Positions 41,793-51,357 of a stretch of DNA of 64,000 nt are shown piece by piece. This DNA is from an uncultured Gammaproteobacteria bacterium (GTDB lineage Bacteria > Pseudomonadota > Gammaproteobacteria > CAWCPV01): assembly GCA_963797555.1 (NCBI GenBank), contig CAWCPV010000003.1, positions 704,001 through 768,000 of the forward strand, written 5' to 3'. A model generated the notes under the pieces. It was given only the letters and a program-made list of their open reading frames with translations, searched no databases and was not told where the DNA came from. Positions within the stretch are counted from its first letter, which is position 1; every line of letters starts with the position of its first letter. Made by a program: the position numbers and the translations under genes.

Positions 41793-41920
41793 CTATCGAG
41801 TAGATCAGGTAAGAGCGACCAATTGGCAGGATAGCCATTCGGCACGCCCACGGGGCGCTCCGAAGGGGTGGCGTACAGGGAGGTACGCCATGACCGAGTG
41901 GCAGGATAGCCATTCGGCAC
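41793..41920 (+). repeat. Dispersed GGA-hairpin repeat, copy C (internal duplication of the TGGCAGGATAGCCA hairpin)
   Basis: TGGCAGGATAGCCATTCGGCAC occurs twice, around GGCGTACAGGGAGGTACGCC. Confidence 0.8.
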
Positions 41921-41990
41921 TTCCACGGCCGCCCCAACCTCGCGCCGCAGTTCATTCACAAGCTTTCAGCAGCCGAGTAGCATCGCACCC

Positions 41991-42863
41991 ATGCACTGGC
42001 TCCCTCTCACGCTGCTGTGCGCCTTCAGCCTGGCCTCGGCGGACGCCGCCACCAAGAAGTACCTCTCCAGCTATACCGTGCGCGAACTGGTGATGGTCCG
42101 ATTCGCCTTTCCGGCCATGCTGCTGGCGCCGCTGCTCCTGATCTACCCGTTGCCGCCGGTCCCGGCGGCCTTCTGGGGCTGGGTGGGAGCGCTCGTGCCG
42201 CTCGAGGTCCTGGCCATGCTCCTGTACATGCGCGCCATCCGTGACAGCCCCCTGTACCTCACCCTTCCGTATCTGGCGTTTACGCCGGTGGTCACCACCG
42301 TGATGGGGTTGCTCCTGCTCGGCGAGCAGCCCTCCCCCAAGGGTTTGAGCGGCATCCTCCTGGTGGTCGCGGGAGCCTATCTGCTCAACTCGGAGCCCGC
42401 CGAGAGCGTGAAGCGCCCTGCATGGCGCGCGCCTTTACAGGCTGCCTGGCGCGATACCGGCTCCCGCCTCATGCTGGCGGTCGCGGCCATCTACGGCCTC
42501 ACGTCAGTGATGGGCAAGGCCGCCCTGCGTTACGTCCCGCCCCGGACCTTCGGGCCCTTCTACTTCGTCCTGTTGGGCGCGCTCACCGTCACCGCGCTGG
42601 CCGCTCACCGCCCGTCTTCCCTCCGCGTGCTGTGGCGCCGACCACGGGCCCACCTGCTCATCGGCGCGTGCATGGCCATCATGGTCATCACCCACTTCAC
42701 GGCCATCGAGCGCGTCGAGGCCGCGTACATGATCGCGGTCAAGCGCGTCAGTGTGCTGTTCGGGATCCTTTACGGGGCCTTGCTGTTCAAGGAGCGGCGT
42801 TTGGGCCGCAACCTGCTGGCCGGGGCACTGATGGTCGCGGGCGTGGCGCTCACAGCGCTGTAA
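41991..42863 (+). CDS. EamA/DMT family transporter
   Basis: About 10 TM segments in two repeats; AYMIAVKR. Confidence 0.85.
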   Translation: MHWLPLTLLCAFSLASADAATKKYLSSYTVRELVMVRFAFPAMLLAPLLLIYPLPPVPAAFWGWVGALVPLEVLAMLLYMRAIRDSPLYLTLPYLAFTPVVTTVMGLLLLGEQPSPKGLSGILLVVAGAYLLNSEPAESVKRPAWRAPLQAAWRDTGSRLMLAVAAIYGLTSVMGKAALRYVPPRTFGPFYFVLLGALTVTALAAHRPSSLRVLWRRPRAHLLIGACMAIMVITHFTAIERVEAAYMIAVKRVSVLFGILYGALLFKERRLGRNLLAGALMVAGVALTAL

Positions 42864-43156
42864 GAGTGCGCCGCGACCCGCTCTACCAGCTCGGCGCCGT
42901 GGCGAAATCACATGGGCGCACCGTCCCGGTCTGCCGACTTCGGGACGACACCATCAGCTTTCCTCGTCGCACTCGCACTGCGCCTCTGCAATAATGCCCC
43001 CAGCGGCCGTCCGTCGCGCACGGCCGCAACCTATGGTTCGAACAGGGCAGCGCTGATCCGGTCGCTGACCCACGTACCAATGACGGCTGACCGACAGCGG
43101 GATCGGGAAGGTGGGGGCGCGCGCAGGCGAACGTCCAGCGAAGGTTCGGCCCGCCG

Positions 43157-46010
43157 ATGCAACTGACTGACTTTCACGCCAAGTATTACGCCCACGAGCT
43201 GACCAAACGCTCCGCGTCGGACAGTGTGGAGAAGCTTGCCGGTGCCGTTGCCAGCGCACAGGTGGACCTGAACCCGCATCAGGGGGACGCCGCGCTTTTC
43301 GCCTTCAACTCTCCGCTGTCCAAGGGCGCACTGCTCGCGGACGAAGTCGGCCTCGGCAAGACCATCGAGGCAGGCCTCGTCCTTTCCCAGAAATGGGCCG
43401 AACGGAAGCGCCGCGTGCTCGTGATCACGCCGTCCAACCTCCGCAAACAGTGGCATCAGGAGCTGACGGAGAAGTTCTTCCTGCCTTGCCGGATATTGGA
43501 GACGAAGTCCTACAACGAGGCAATCAAACGGGGGAACTTCCGCCCCTTCGAGGCAAAGGATGTCGTCGTCATCTGCTCCTATCACTTTGCGCGCAACAAG
43601 GCGGCCGATGTCGCGGCGACACCGTGGGATCTCGTGGTCATCGACGAAGCCCATCGCCTGCGTAATGTTTACAAGCCGTCCAACGTCATCGCCAACACGC
43701 TCAGGGCAGCGCTGCAGGAACGCCGCAAGCTGCTCCTCACCGCCACCCCGCTGCAGAACTCGCTGCTCGAGTTGTTCGGCCTCGTCAGCATCATCGACGA
43801 GCACGCCTTCGGCGATCTGAAAAGCTTCCGCGAGCAGTTCGCCAATCTGAGCCAGGAGCAGGTGTTCCAGACGCTCAAGGCGCGCCTCAAGCCGGTGTGC
43901 CATCGCACGCTGCGCAGGCAGGTCATTGCTTACATTCCATATACGAACCGGTTGCCGCTCGTCGAGGAGTTCACCCCGGAGGAAAGCGAAGACCGTCTCT
44001 ACGATCTCGTCTCGGAATACTTGCGCCGCCCGAACCTGCAGGCGCTCCCCCCCAGCCAGCGCTCGCTGATGACCTTGGTGCTGCGCAAGCTGCTCGCCTC
44101 TTCGACCTTTGCCATCGCCGGCGCGCTCACGTCCATCTCGAACCGACTGAAGGCCAATCTGCGCAGGCAGGAACCACCGGAATCGCTGGAGGAGGAGCTG
44201 GACCAAGAGTACGAAGGGCTGAGCGAGACCGTCGATGAATGGGGAGACGATCAGCCAGGCGAGGTGCTTGCGGAGGCCGATCGCGCGGCGCTGGAGGCTG
44301 AAATCGCCGATCTCGACGACTTCGCCCGCCTTGCCACTTCCATCGAGCACAATGCCAAGGGTAAGGCCCTGTTGAAGGCGCTGCACATCGCCATGGACAA
44401 GGCCGCGGAACTGAGCGCCGAGCAGAAGGCCATCATCTTCACCGAATCCCGCCGCACGCAGAGCTACCTGTTGCGCGTGCTGGCAGACAGCCCGTGGAAG
44501 GACGGCATCGTCCTGTTCAATGGCTCGAATACCGACGACCGTTCCAGGGCCATCTACGCCGCCTGGCTGGATCGTCACCAGGGCAGCGACCGCGTCACCG
44601 GCTCGCGCACCGCGGACATGCGTTCCGCCCTGGTGGATTACTTCCAGGAACAAGGGCGGATCATGATCGCCACCGAAGCGGGCGCGGAGGGCATCAACCT
44701 CCAGTTCTGCTCCCTCGTGGTGAACTACGACCTGCCGTGGAACCCCCAGCGCATCGAGCAGCGGATCGGTCGCTGCCACCGCTACGGCCAGAAGCACGAC
44801 GTGGTCGTGGTGAACTTCCTCAACCGCAACAACGAGGCCGACCAGCGCGTGTTCCAACTTCTTTCGGAGAAATTCCAGCTCTTCGAGGGCGTCTTCGGCG
44901 CCAGTGACGAGGTGCTCGGCGCCGTCGAGTCCGGCGTGGACTTCGAGAGACGCATCAACGACATTTACCAGCGCTGCCGCAAGACCGAGGAGATTCAGGA
45001 CTGCCTTCGACCAGCTCCAGCTCGAGCTCAGCTTCGAGATCAACGAGGCGATGACCCGGACGCGCCGCAAGCTGCTGGAGAACTTCGACGACGAAGTCCG
45101 CGAGAAGCTCCGCGTGCAGGATGAAGCCTCCAAGGCAGTCTTGAGCCGCTTCGAGCAACTCCTCATGCGGCTCACCCGCCACGAGCTGGACGGCCACGCC
45201 GAGTTTCTGAACGACTCATCGTTTCGACTGCTCGCTGCACCGTTTGCCGGCGAGATCCCTACGGGTCTCTACGAGTTGCCGCGCCGTTCCGGCGAGGCGC
45301 ACACCTACCGCTTGAACCACCCACTAGCCGAGGCGGTGATCGCGCAGGCGAAAGCTCGCGAGCTGCCCTCTGCCGAGATCCGCTTCGATTACACCGCCCA
45401 CGAAGGTAAGGTGAGCATCCTGGAGCCGCTGCGCGGGCAAAGCGGCCATCTCTCCCTGTCGCTGTTCACGGTGGAGTCCCTGGATCAAGCCGAGGACTAC
45501 CTCGTTTTCGCCGCCGTCACCGATACCGGGCAGCAGCTCGACGAAGAAGCCGCCCGTCGCCTCTTGTCCCTACCGGGCCAGGTGGGGCAAGGGATGTTGT
45601 CGCTGGCTCCCCCCGGTGACCTTGATGAAGTCATCCAGCGCCGCCAGGCTGAAATTCAACGCACCATCTCCGAGCGCAACGCCCGCTTCTTCGAGGCGGA
45701 AGCCGAGAAGCTCGACGGCTGGGCTGACGACCTGAAAGTGGGTCTCGAACGCGAGATCAAGGAGCTGGACCGCCAGATCAAGGAAGCCCGCCGTGCCGCC
45801 ACCATGGCGCTCACGCTGGAGGAGAAACTGGCCGGCCAGAAGCAGGTCAAGGCCCTGGAATCCCAGCGCAACGACAAGCGGCGCTCGCTCTTCGATACGC
45901 AGGACAAGGTAGACCAACGGCGGGAGGAGCTGATTGCCCGCACCGAGGGGAAGCTCAAGCAGGAGGTCGCTCTGAGCCGCCTTTTCAGCATCCGATGGAG
46001 CCTCCAATGA
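43157..46010 (+). CDS. SNF2-family helicase (frameshift near 45000)
   Basis: LADEVGLGKT, DEAH, LTATP, EGINLQ, DLPWNPQRIEQRIGRCHRYGQ; coiled-coil C-terminus in the next frame. Confidence 0.9.
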
Positions 46011-47854
46011 ATGTCGAGACGCCCATCGAGATCGTTCACTTGCCGGGTCAGCTTCGCCTTCTCTTCGGGGGCAAGCTCCGCGAGGCCACGACCGGCAGTG
46101 CGCAGGAGCGAGAAGCGAACTTTCTCTCCCGTGCGCTTGCCGCCTACGCGGTCCATAGACTTGCCGCTTGCTCTCTGGAGGAAGCTGCTACCGCCGTGGT
46201 CGACGGGGGAGGAGACGGCGGGATCGATGCCATTTATTACTCGCATGCGACCCAGACCCTCCACGTCGTGCAGTCGAAGTTCTTCATGGATGGGCGTGGC
46301 GAGCCGGCACTGGGAGACGTGACAAAATTCAAGGAAGGATTGAGCAATCTGCTGCAGGGAAACTTCGAAGCATTCCGGGCCAACGAATCCTGGGCGACCA
46401 TGATTCCAGGGCTTCATGCGGTATTCAGAGTTCCGTCACTGCAGGTCCGCGCCGTCCTGGTCTATTCGGGGATCAACCTGGTCTCGGAAGACCGCCGAAG
46501 GCTTTTCGAGAATCTCAAGCGGCGCTTCTCCCCTGGTGACGACTACCTCGAGGTGCTGGTCTGCAATCTTACCACGGTGCACGATTGGGTCATTGGCGCG
46601 GATACGGGACCCGGAGTGCCTGAGATCGAGCTGATGCTTCGAAAACCTGGTTGGGTTACCACCCCTTATGAAACGGTCTACGGCCTCCTGCCCCTGGCCG
46701 AGCTGGCGCAATTGCGTGCAGTCCACGGACGACGCCTGATCGCAGCCAACATCCGCGCCTACAAGGGCGACACGGAGGTCAACACCGAGATTGCCAGCAC
46801 TTTGCGCGAAGAACCGGAGCATTTCTTCTACCTCAACAACGGACTGACCGCCTATTGCGAGCGCTTGGAGGTCAACCACCTCGACCGTGCAAACACGGAG
46901 CAGAAACGCATCCGCGCCTTCGGATTTTCCATCGTCAATGGTGCTCAGACACTCGGAGCGGTCGCCGACATCTTTGAACAACCTCGGGATCCTCCCCCGC
47001 AGAGGCACGTCTTCCTCAAGATCGTCTCGCTTGAACGATGCGTCGATGATCGGGCCTTCGCCAAGCGGATCACCCGCAGCACGAATTATCAGAATCAAAT
47101 CGGCTCCCGCGACTTTGTGGCTCTGGACGATGAGCAGGAGCGGATCGCAAACCAGCTCGCACTGTCTGGAATCAGCTACCACTGTAAGGATGACGCTGAA
47201 GCCCCCGCGCCTGATGCTACCAACTTCAACCTCGGAGAAGCCACCACAGCCTGCGCATGTCTCGCCCAATTCAAGGACTGCGACTTCTGCGCTCGCGTGC
47301 TAGCCAATCGGCGCTCGCTTTGGTCGTTTGAAGAGGTTTATCCCGCAGTCGAAGAGAATCGCTCGCGCTACTCGCGGGTGTTTCGCTCGGATAGATCGGC
47401 CCGCACCGTCTGGCGCGCAGTCCAGACGCAGCGGCTTGTCATCGCGGCGATGCAGGAAAACGCTCGCTCAAGTGCAGGGGTCCGGAAGGCATTCTTCGAG
47501 AACGCCCGTTGGTTGGTCCTGAACCTTGTTTTTCTCCGGCTCCGTCCGGAACGGGGCGAGGAGCTTTGGCTGGGCCCAGACTCGGCTGCGGTAGTATCGA
47601 GGGCTGCCGTGGAACTTTCTGAGGCACTTTGGGACGTCTGCGAGGCGCAAGGCTATGCGTCGAGGCGCGTCACTGACGGTGCTGATCAGTACGAGCAGGT
47701 TCGCCATTTCCGCTCGGTCTTCAGCGACGCCTCGGACTGCCAGAGGCTTCGCAACGCCCTGCCGGACAAAATCGCAGCGCAGGCACAGCCTGCGCCGGCA
47801 GGTGCGGACGCGAACTCGCAAGCCCGACAACTCTCGGAACACCCTCGGTCGTGA
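46007..47854 (+). CDS. AIPR family (abortive infection phage resistance) protein
   Basis: DGGGDGGIDAI, QSK, ANIR, FFYLNNGLT, IVNGAQT, TNYQN. Confidence 0.88.
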   Translation: MNVETPIEIVHLPGQLRLLFGGKLREATTGSAQEREANFLSRALAAYAVHRLAACSLEEAATAVVDGGGDGGIDAIYYSHATQTLHVVQSKFFMDGRGEPALGDVTKFKEGLSNLLQGNFEAFRANESWATMIPGLHAVFRVPSLQVRAVLVYSGINLVSEDRRRLFENLKRRFSPGDDYLEVLVCNLTTVHDWVIGADTGPGVPEIELMLRKPGWVTTPYETVYGLLPLAELAQLRAVHGRRLIAANIRAYKGDTEVNTEIASTLREEPEHFFYLNNGLTAYCERLEVNHLDRANTEQKRIRAFGFSIVNGAQTLGAVADIFEQPRDPPPQRHVFLKIVSLERCVDDRAFAKRITRSTNYQNQIGSRDFVALDDEQERIANQLALSGISYHCKDDAEAPAPDATNFNLGEATTACACLAQFKDCDFCARVLANRRSLWSFEEVYPAVEENRSRYSRVFRSDRSARTVWRAVQTQRLVIAAMQENARSSAGVRKAFFENARWLVLNLVFLRLRPERGEELWLGPDSAAVVSRAAVELSEALWDVCEAQGYASRRVTDGADQYEQVRHFRSVFSDASDCQRLRNALPDKIAAQAQPAPAGADANSQARQLSEHPRS

Positions 47855-47950
47855 CCAAGAAGCTAAAGACTGGACTGGATCGGGCGAGGATCGAACCGCG
47901 TATCCTGCTTGAGCATCATGGGAAGTGTTGCGACGCCGTGACCCCGAAGC
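47851..47950 (+). pseudogene. Degenerate duplicate of the Mod N-terminus
   Basis: KKLK..RIEPRILLE resembles QKLELTW..RLEPRILLE at 48999. Confidence 0.55.
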
Positions 47951-48031
47951 CAAGCTGTGAACCCGTCGACAACGGACGAGTCTTTCGGTACAACCGTTTG
48001 GCAACGCAACGCGGGGAGTCATGCCGTGACC

Positions 48032-48278
48032 ATGAACTATCAGTCCTACATCGTCCCGCGACACGTCCATCTGCGGCGGCGAGCCAGTGGTGAAAGGAAC
48101 CCGTGTTACCGTGCGCACCGTGCTCGCAAGCCTGGCCGAAGGCATGAGCGTGGAGGAAATCGTCAGGGATTTTCCGACGCTGGACGAAAAAGCGGTACGC
48201 GCAATCATCGCGTTCGCCGCCGTCTCCGCCGAGGAAGATCTTCCGGTGCCGCCCGTCCCGTCGTTGCTATGGACATGA
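48032..48278 (+). CDS. DUF433 antitoxin-like protein (frameshift near 48056); cognate PIN toxin absent
   Basis: ICGGEPVVKGTRVTV..LAEGMSVEEIVRDFPTL. Confidence 0.8.
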
Positions 48279-48374
48279 GGCTTATAGGGCGGGCTCGACC
48301 AGCCCGGAATATCGGGCGGAGCCCGGCCTACTGGACAGCTTGATGCCCAGTCCGTCATTGAAACGAGGCACGCC

Positions 48375-48665
48375 ATGAACCGCACCCAGGTACTCGCTCT
48401 GCTGGCCCGCCACAAGCCCGAGCTGGTGCGGCGCTTCGGCGTCACCGATCTTGCCCTCTTCGGTTCCACCGCACGGGATGCTGCCCGCGAGAGTAGCGAC
48501 GTGGACGTATTGGTTTCCTTCGACGGCCCGGCCACTTCCGACCGATATTTCGGTGTGCAGTTTTACCTCGAAGACTTGCTGGGCCGTCCGGTCGATCTGG
48601 TCACGGACAAGGCGCTGCGGCCGGAACTGCGGCCCTACATCGAGCGCGAGGCGATCCATGTCTGA
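48375..48665 (+). CDS. Minimal nucleotidyltransferase (MNT) antitoxin
   Basis: LFGSTARD..SDVDVLV. Confidence 0.9.
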   Translation: MNRTQVLALLARHKPELVRRFGVTDLALFGSTARDAARESSDVDVLVSFDGPATSDRYFGVQFYLEDLLGRPVDLVTDKALRPELRPYIEREAIHV

Positions 48666-49002
48666 ACGGGAATGGCGCTTTTACGTGGATGACATGATCG
48701 GTTTCGCCGAGAGGGTCGTCGTCTACACAGACGGGCTCGATCAGGCCGGTTTCGTGGACAGCGGCATGCACTACGACGCCACGCTTCGCAACCTGGAACT
48801 GATCGGCGAGGCCGCCGGCCATATTCCGGAGGATGTACGTCGGGCAAACCCTGCCATCGCCTGGCGGCTCATCATCGCCACGCGCAACCGCCTGATCCAC
48901 GGTTACCTGGGCATCGACAACCACACCCTGTGGAGCATCGTGCGGAGAGATATTCCCGCGCTCCTCCCGCAACTGCGCAAGCTCAAAGAACAGTCGGCAT
49001 GA
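48658..49002 (+). CDS. DUF86/HepT HEPN toxin
   Basis: LELIGEAA, RNRLIHGY (RxxxxH). Confidence 0.9.
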   Translation: MSEREWRFYVDDMIGFAERVVVYTDGLDQAGFVDSGMHYDATLRNLELIGEAAGHIPEDVRRANPAIAWRLIIATRNRLIHGYLGIDNHTLWSIVRRDIPALLPQLRKLKEQSA

Positions 49003-50632
49003 GCAGGCAAAAACTCGAGCTCACCTGGATGGGCAAAGAGAACCGGCCGAGGCTGGAGCCGCGTATTTTGCTCGAAGGTCCGGAGAAGTCCTACCACGCG
49101 ACGCACCGGGTGACGGACAACGACATCTTCGACAACCGGCTCATCTTCGGCGACAACCTGCTGGCCCTAAAGGCGTTGGAGGCGGAGTTCGCGGGCAAGG
49201 TGAAGTGTATTTACATAGACCCGCCATACAACACCGGCAGCGCCTTTGCTCATTACGACGACGGATTGGAGCATTCGATCTGGTTGTCACTGATGCGCGA
49301 CAGGCTGGAGATCCTCCGGCGGCTGTTGTCGGACGATGGGTCGCTGTGGATCACCATCGACGACAACGAGGCGCATTACCTGAAGGTGCTGTGCGATGAG
49401 GTGTTTGGGCGGGCAAATTTCGTTGCGAACATGATATGGGAGAAGCGCACTTCGGAGAGAACCGGCGGGTGTTTTCGTTCAACCACGATCACTTGATGGT
49501 CTACGGAAAGACGAAACCTGACTTCGAGCGCGTCCGGAATCCGCTTGGCCTAAGCCATGAGGTCTTATCGCGGTACAAGAATCCCGATAACGACCCTCGT
49601 GGTGCGTGGCAATCGGTCTCGGCGAACGCTCAGGCGGGGCACGGGACAGCAAGTCAGTTTTACAAACTCAAGCTGCCGTCAGGTCGTGAGATTGATCCGC
49701 CGAAGGGACGATGCTGGCTTTACACGAGGGAACGGATGGAGCAGGAAATTGCCGCTGGAAATGTCTGGTTCGGAGCGGATGGGGACAACGCTCCGCGCAT
49801 AAAGAAGTTCCTTCGAGACAACGAGGACAAAGGACTGACGCCGGAAACCATCTGGCCCGCTACGGAAGTCGGCACGAACGATGACGCCAAAAAGGGCCTG
49901 CTCCAACTACTTCCTGATGTGCCGGTTTTCGACAATCCGAAGCCTGAAGGGTTGCTGGAACGAGTTGTCCATATCGCCACCAACCCCGGTGACCTCGTCC
50001 TCGACTCCTTCGCCGGCTCCGGCACCACCGGCGCAGTCGCCCACAAGATGGGCAGGCGCTGGATCATGGTGGAGCTGGGCGAGCACTGCCACACCCACAT
50101 CATCCCGCGCCTGAGGAAGGTCATCGACGGCCAGGACCCTGGCGGCATCACGCAGGCGGTAGGCTGGAAGGGAGGCGGCGGCTTCCGCTACTACGGCCTC
50201 GCCCCGTCCCTTCTGGAAAAGGACAAGTGGGGCAAGTGGGTCATCAGCCACGAGTTCAACGCCGCCATGCTGGCCGAGGAGGTGTGCAAGCTGGAAGGCT
50301 TCGTCTATGCGCCGAGCGACACACTGTACTGGGAGCACGGCCATTCCACGGAGCGAGATTTCATTTACGTCACCACGGCCAACCTGAGCCGCGACCAGCT
50401 CCAGCAATTGAGCGATGAGGTGGGCCGCGACCGGTCGTTGCTGGTGGTGTGCAGCGCCTTCCGCGGCCCGAGGGAGGGCTACGCGAACCTGACGGTCAAG
50501 AAGATACCCAAGGCCGTCCTCTCCCGCTGCGAGTGGGGCCACGACGATTACAGCCTGAGAGTGGAAAACCTCCCCGAGGCGCCGGCAGCGCCCGGACAGA
50601 CGGAGATCCAGCTTGGTTGGCAAGACGATTGA
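48999..50632 (+). CDS. mod: Type III-like adenine DNA methyltransferase Mod (frameshift near 49450)
   Basis: GDNLLALK, YIDPPY, PKPEGLL, VLDSFAGSGTT. Confidence 0.9.
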
Positions 50633-50639
50633 CTACGAG

Positions 50640-50882
50640 ATGACCGAGCACGCTCGTGAGAGCCTGCGCAGGCGTCCAGATATCCGCCTGGAATGGCTGG
50701 AACGAGCGCTGCAACAGCCCATGCGGGTGCAGTCCGATGCCATCGACCCGGACCTGGAGCACCGGTTGCTTCGAATCGACGAGCATGAAGGCCGGGTCCT
50801 GCACGTGATCGTGAATAGGACCACTCGGTCCATCCGAGTGATCACCGCGTATTTCGACCGTAACATGAGGAGCAAGCTATGA
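50640..50882 (+). CDS. DUF4258 (BrnT/RelE-like) protein
   Basis: TEHARE..GRVLHVIV..VITAYFDR. Confidence 0.75.
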   Translation: MTEHARESLRRRPDIRLEWLERALQQPMRVQSDAIDPDLEHRLLRIDEHEGRVLHVIVNRTTRSIRVITAYFDRNMRSKL

Positions 50883-51106
50883 GACTCCGAATAGACGAAG
50901 AGGCGGACGCTCTGCACCTCGAATTGGTTGACGTGCCGGTCGCGGAGTCGGAGGAAGTCGCTCCTGGCGTGATCGTCGATTACGACGCAACCAATGAGGT
51001 GGTTGGCATCGAGGTGCTGTACCTCTCGAAGCGGCCGCATCCTGTCAACCTGATGGATTTTCAATTTCAAACCAGCCCCAAGAAGCTTGCCGCGAGCGGA
51101 AGGTAA
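50879..51106 (+). CDS. DUF2283 protein
   Basis: DEEADALHL..SEEVAPGVIVDYD..VVGIEVL. Confidence 0.8.
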   Translation: MRLRIDEEADALHLELVDVPVAESEEVAPGVIVDYDATNEVVGIEVLYLSKRPHPVNLMDFQFQTSPKKLAASGR

Positions 51107-51357
51107 TCGGCTTCTCGGTGGCGGCGTCGGCGTGAAGATCGGTCCGTGATACACAGTGCAAAGGAATTTGGCGTGACGCGCGAGCGGCTTCCGAAGCCCG
51201 GCCGAATGCCGGGCAGGCTGTGCAGCACGCCGAGGCCGGAGGGATGGCCGGCGTTGCGCGGGAGCTATCGCCTGGAGATCGAACGAATGCAACTTGAGAT
51301 CCTGGATTGCCTCGGGCGGGGTGCGTCCAAACATCTCGAAGGAACGCTGGGCGAGCG

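Noticed and set aside
36494-41803. Long plus-strand ORFs opposite gdhB (and similar shadows opposite ade, hsp70, res, SNF2)
   Set aside because: Typical antisense shadow ORFs of high-GC genes, with no motifs
43024-43151. attC-like site upstream of the SNF2 helicase (GCCGCAAC...GTTCGGC)
   Set aside because: Inner L-box pairing unconvincing and no neighbouring cassettes
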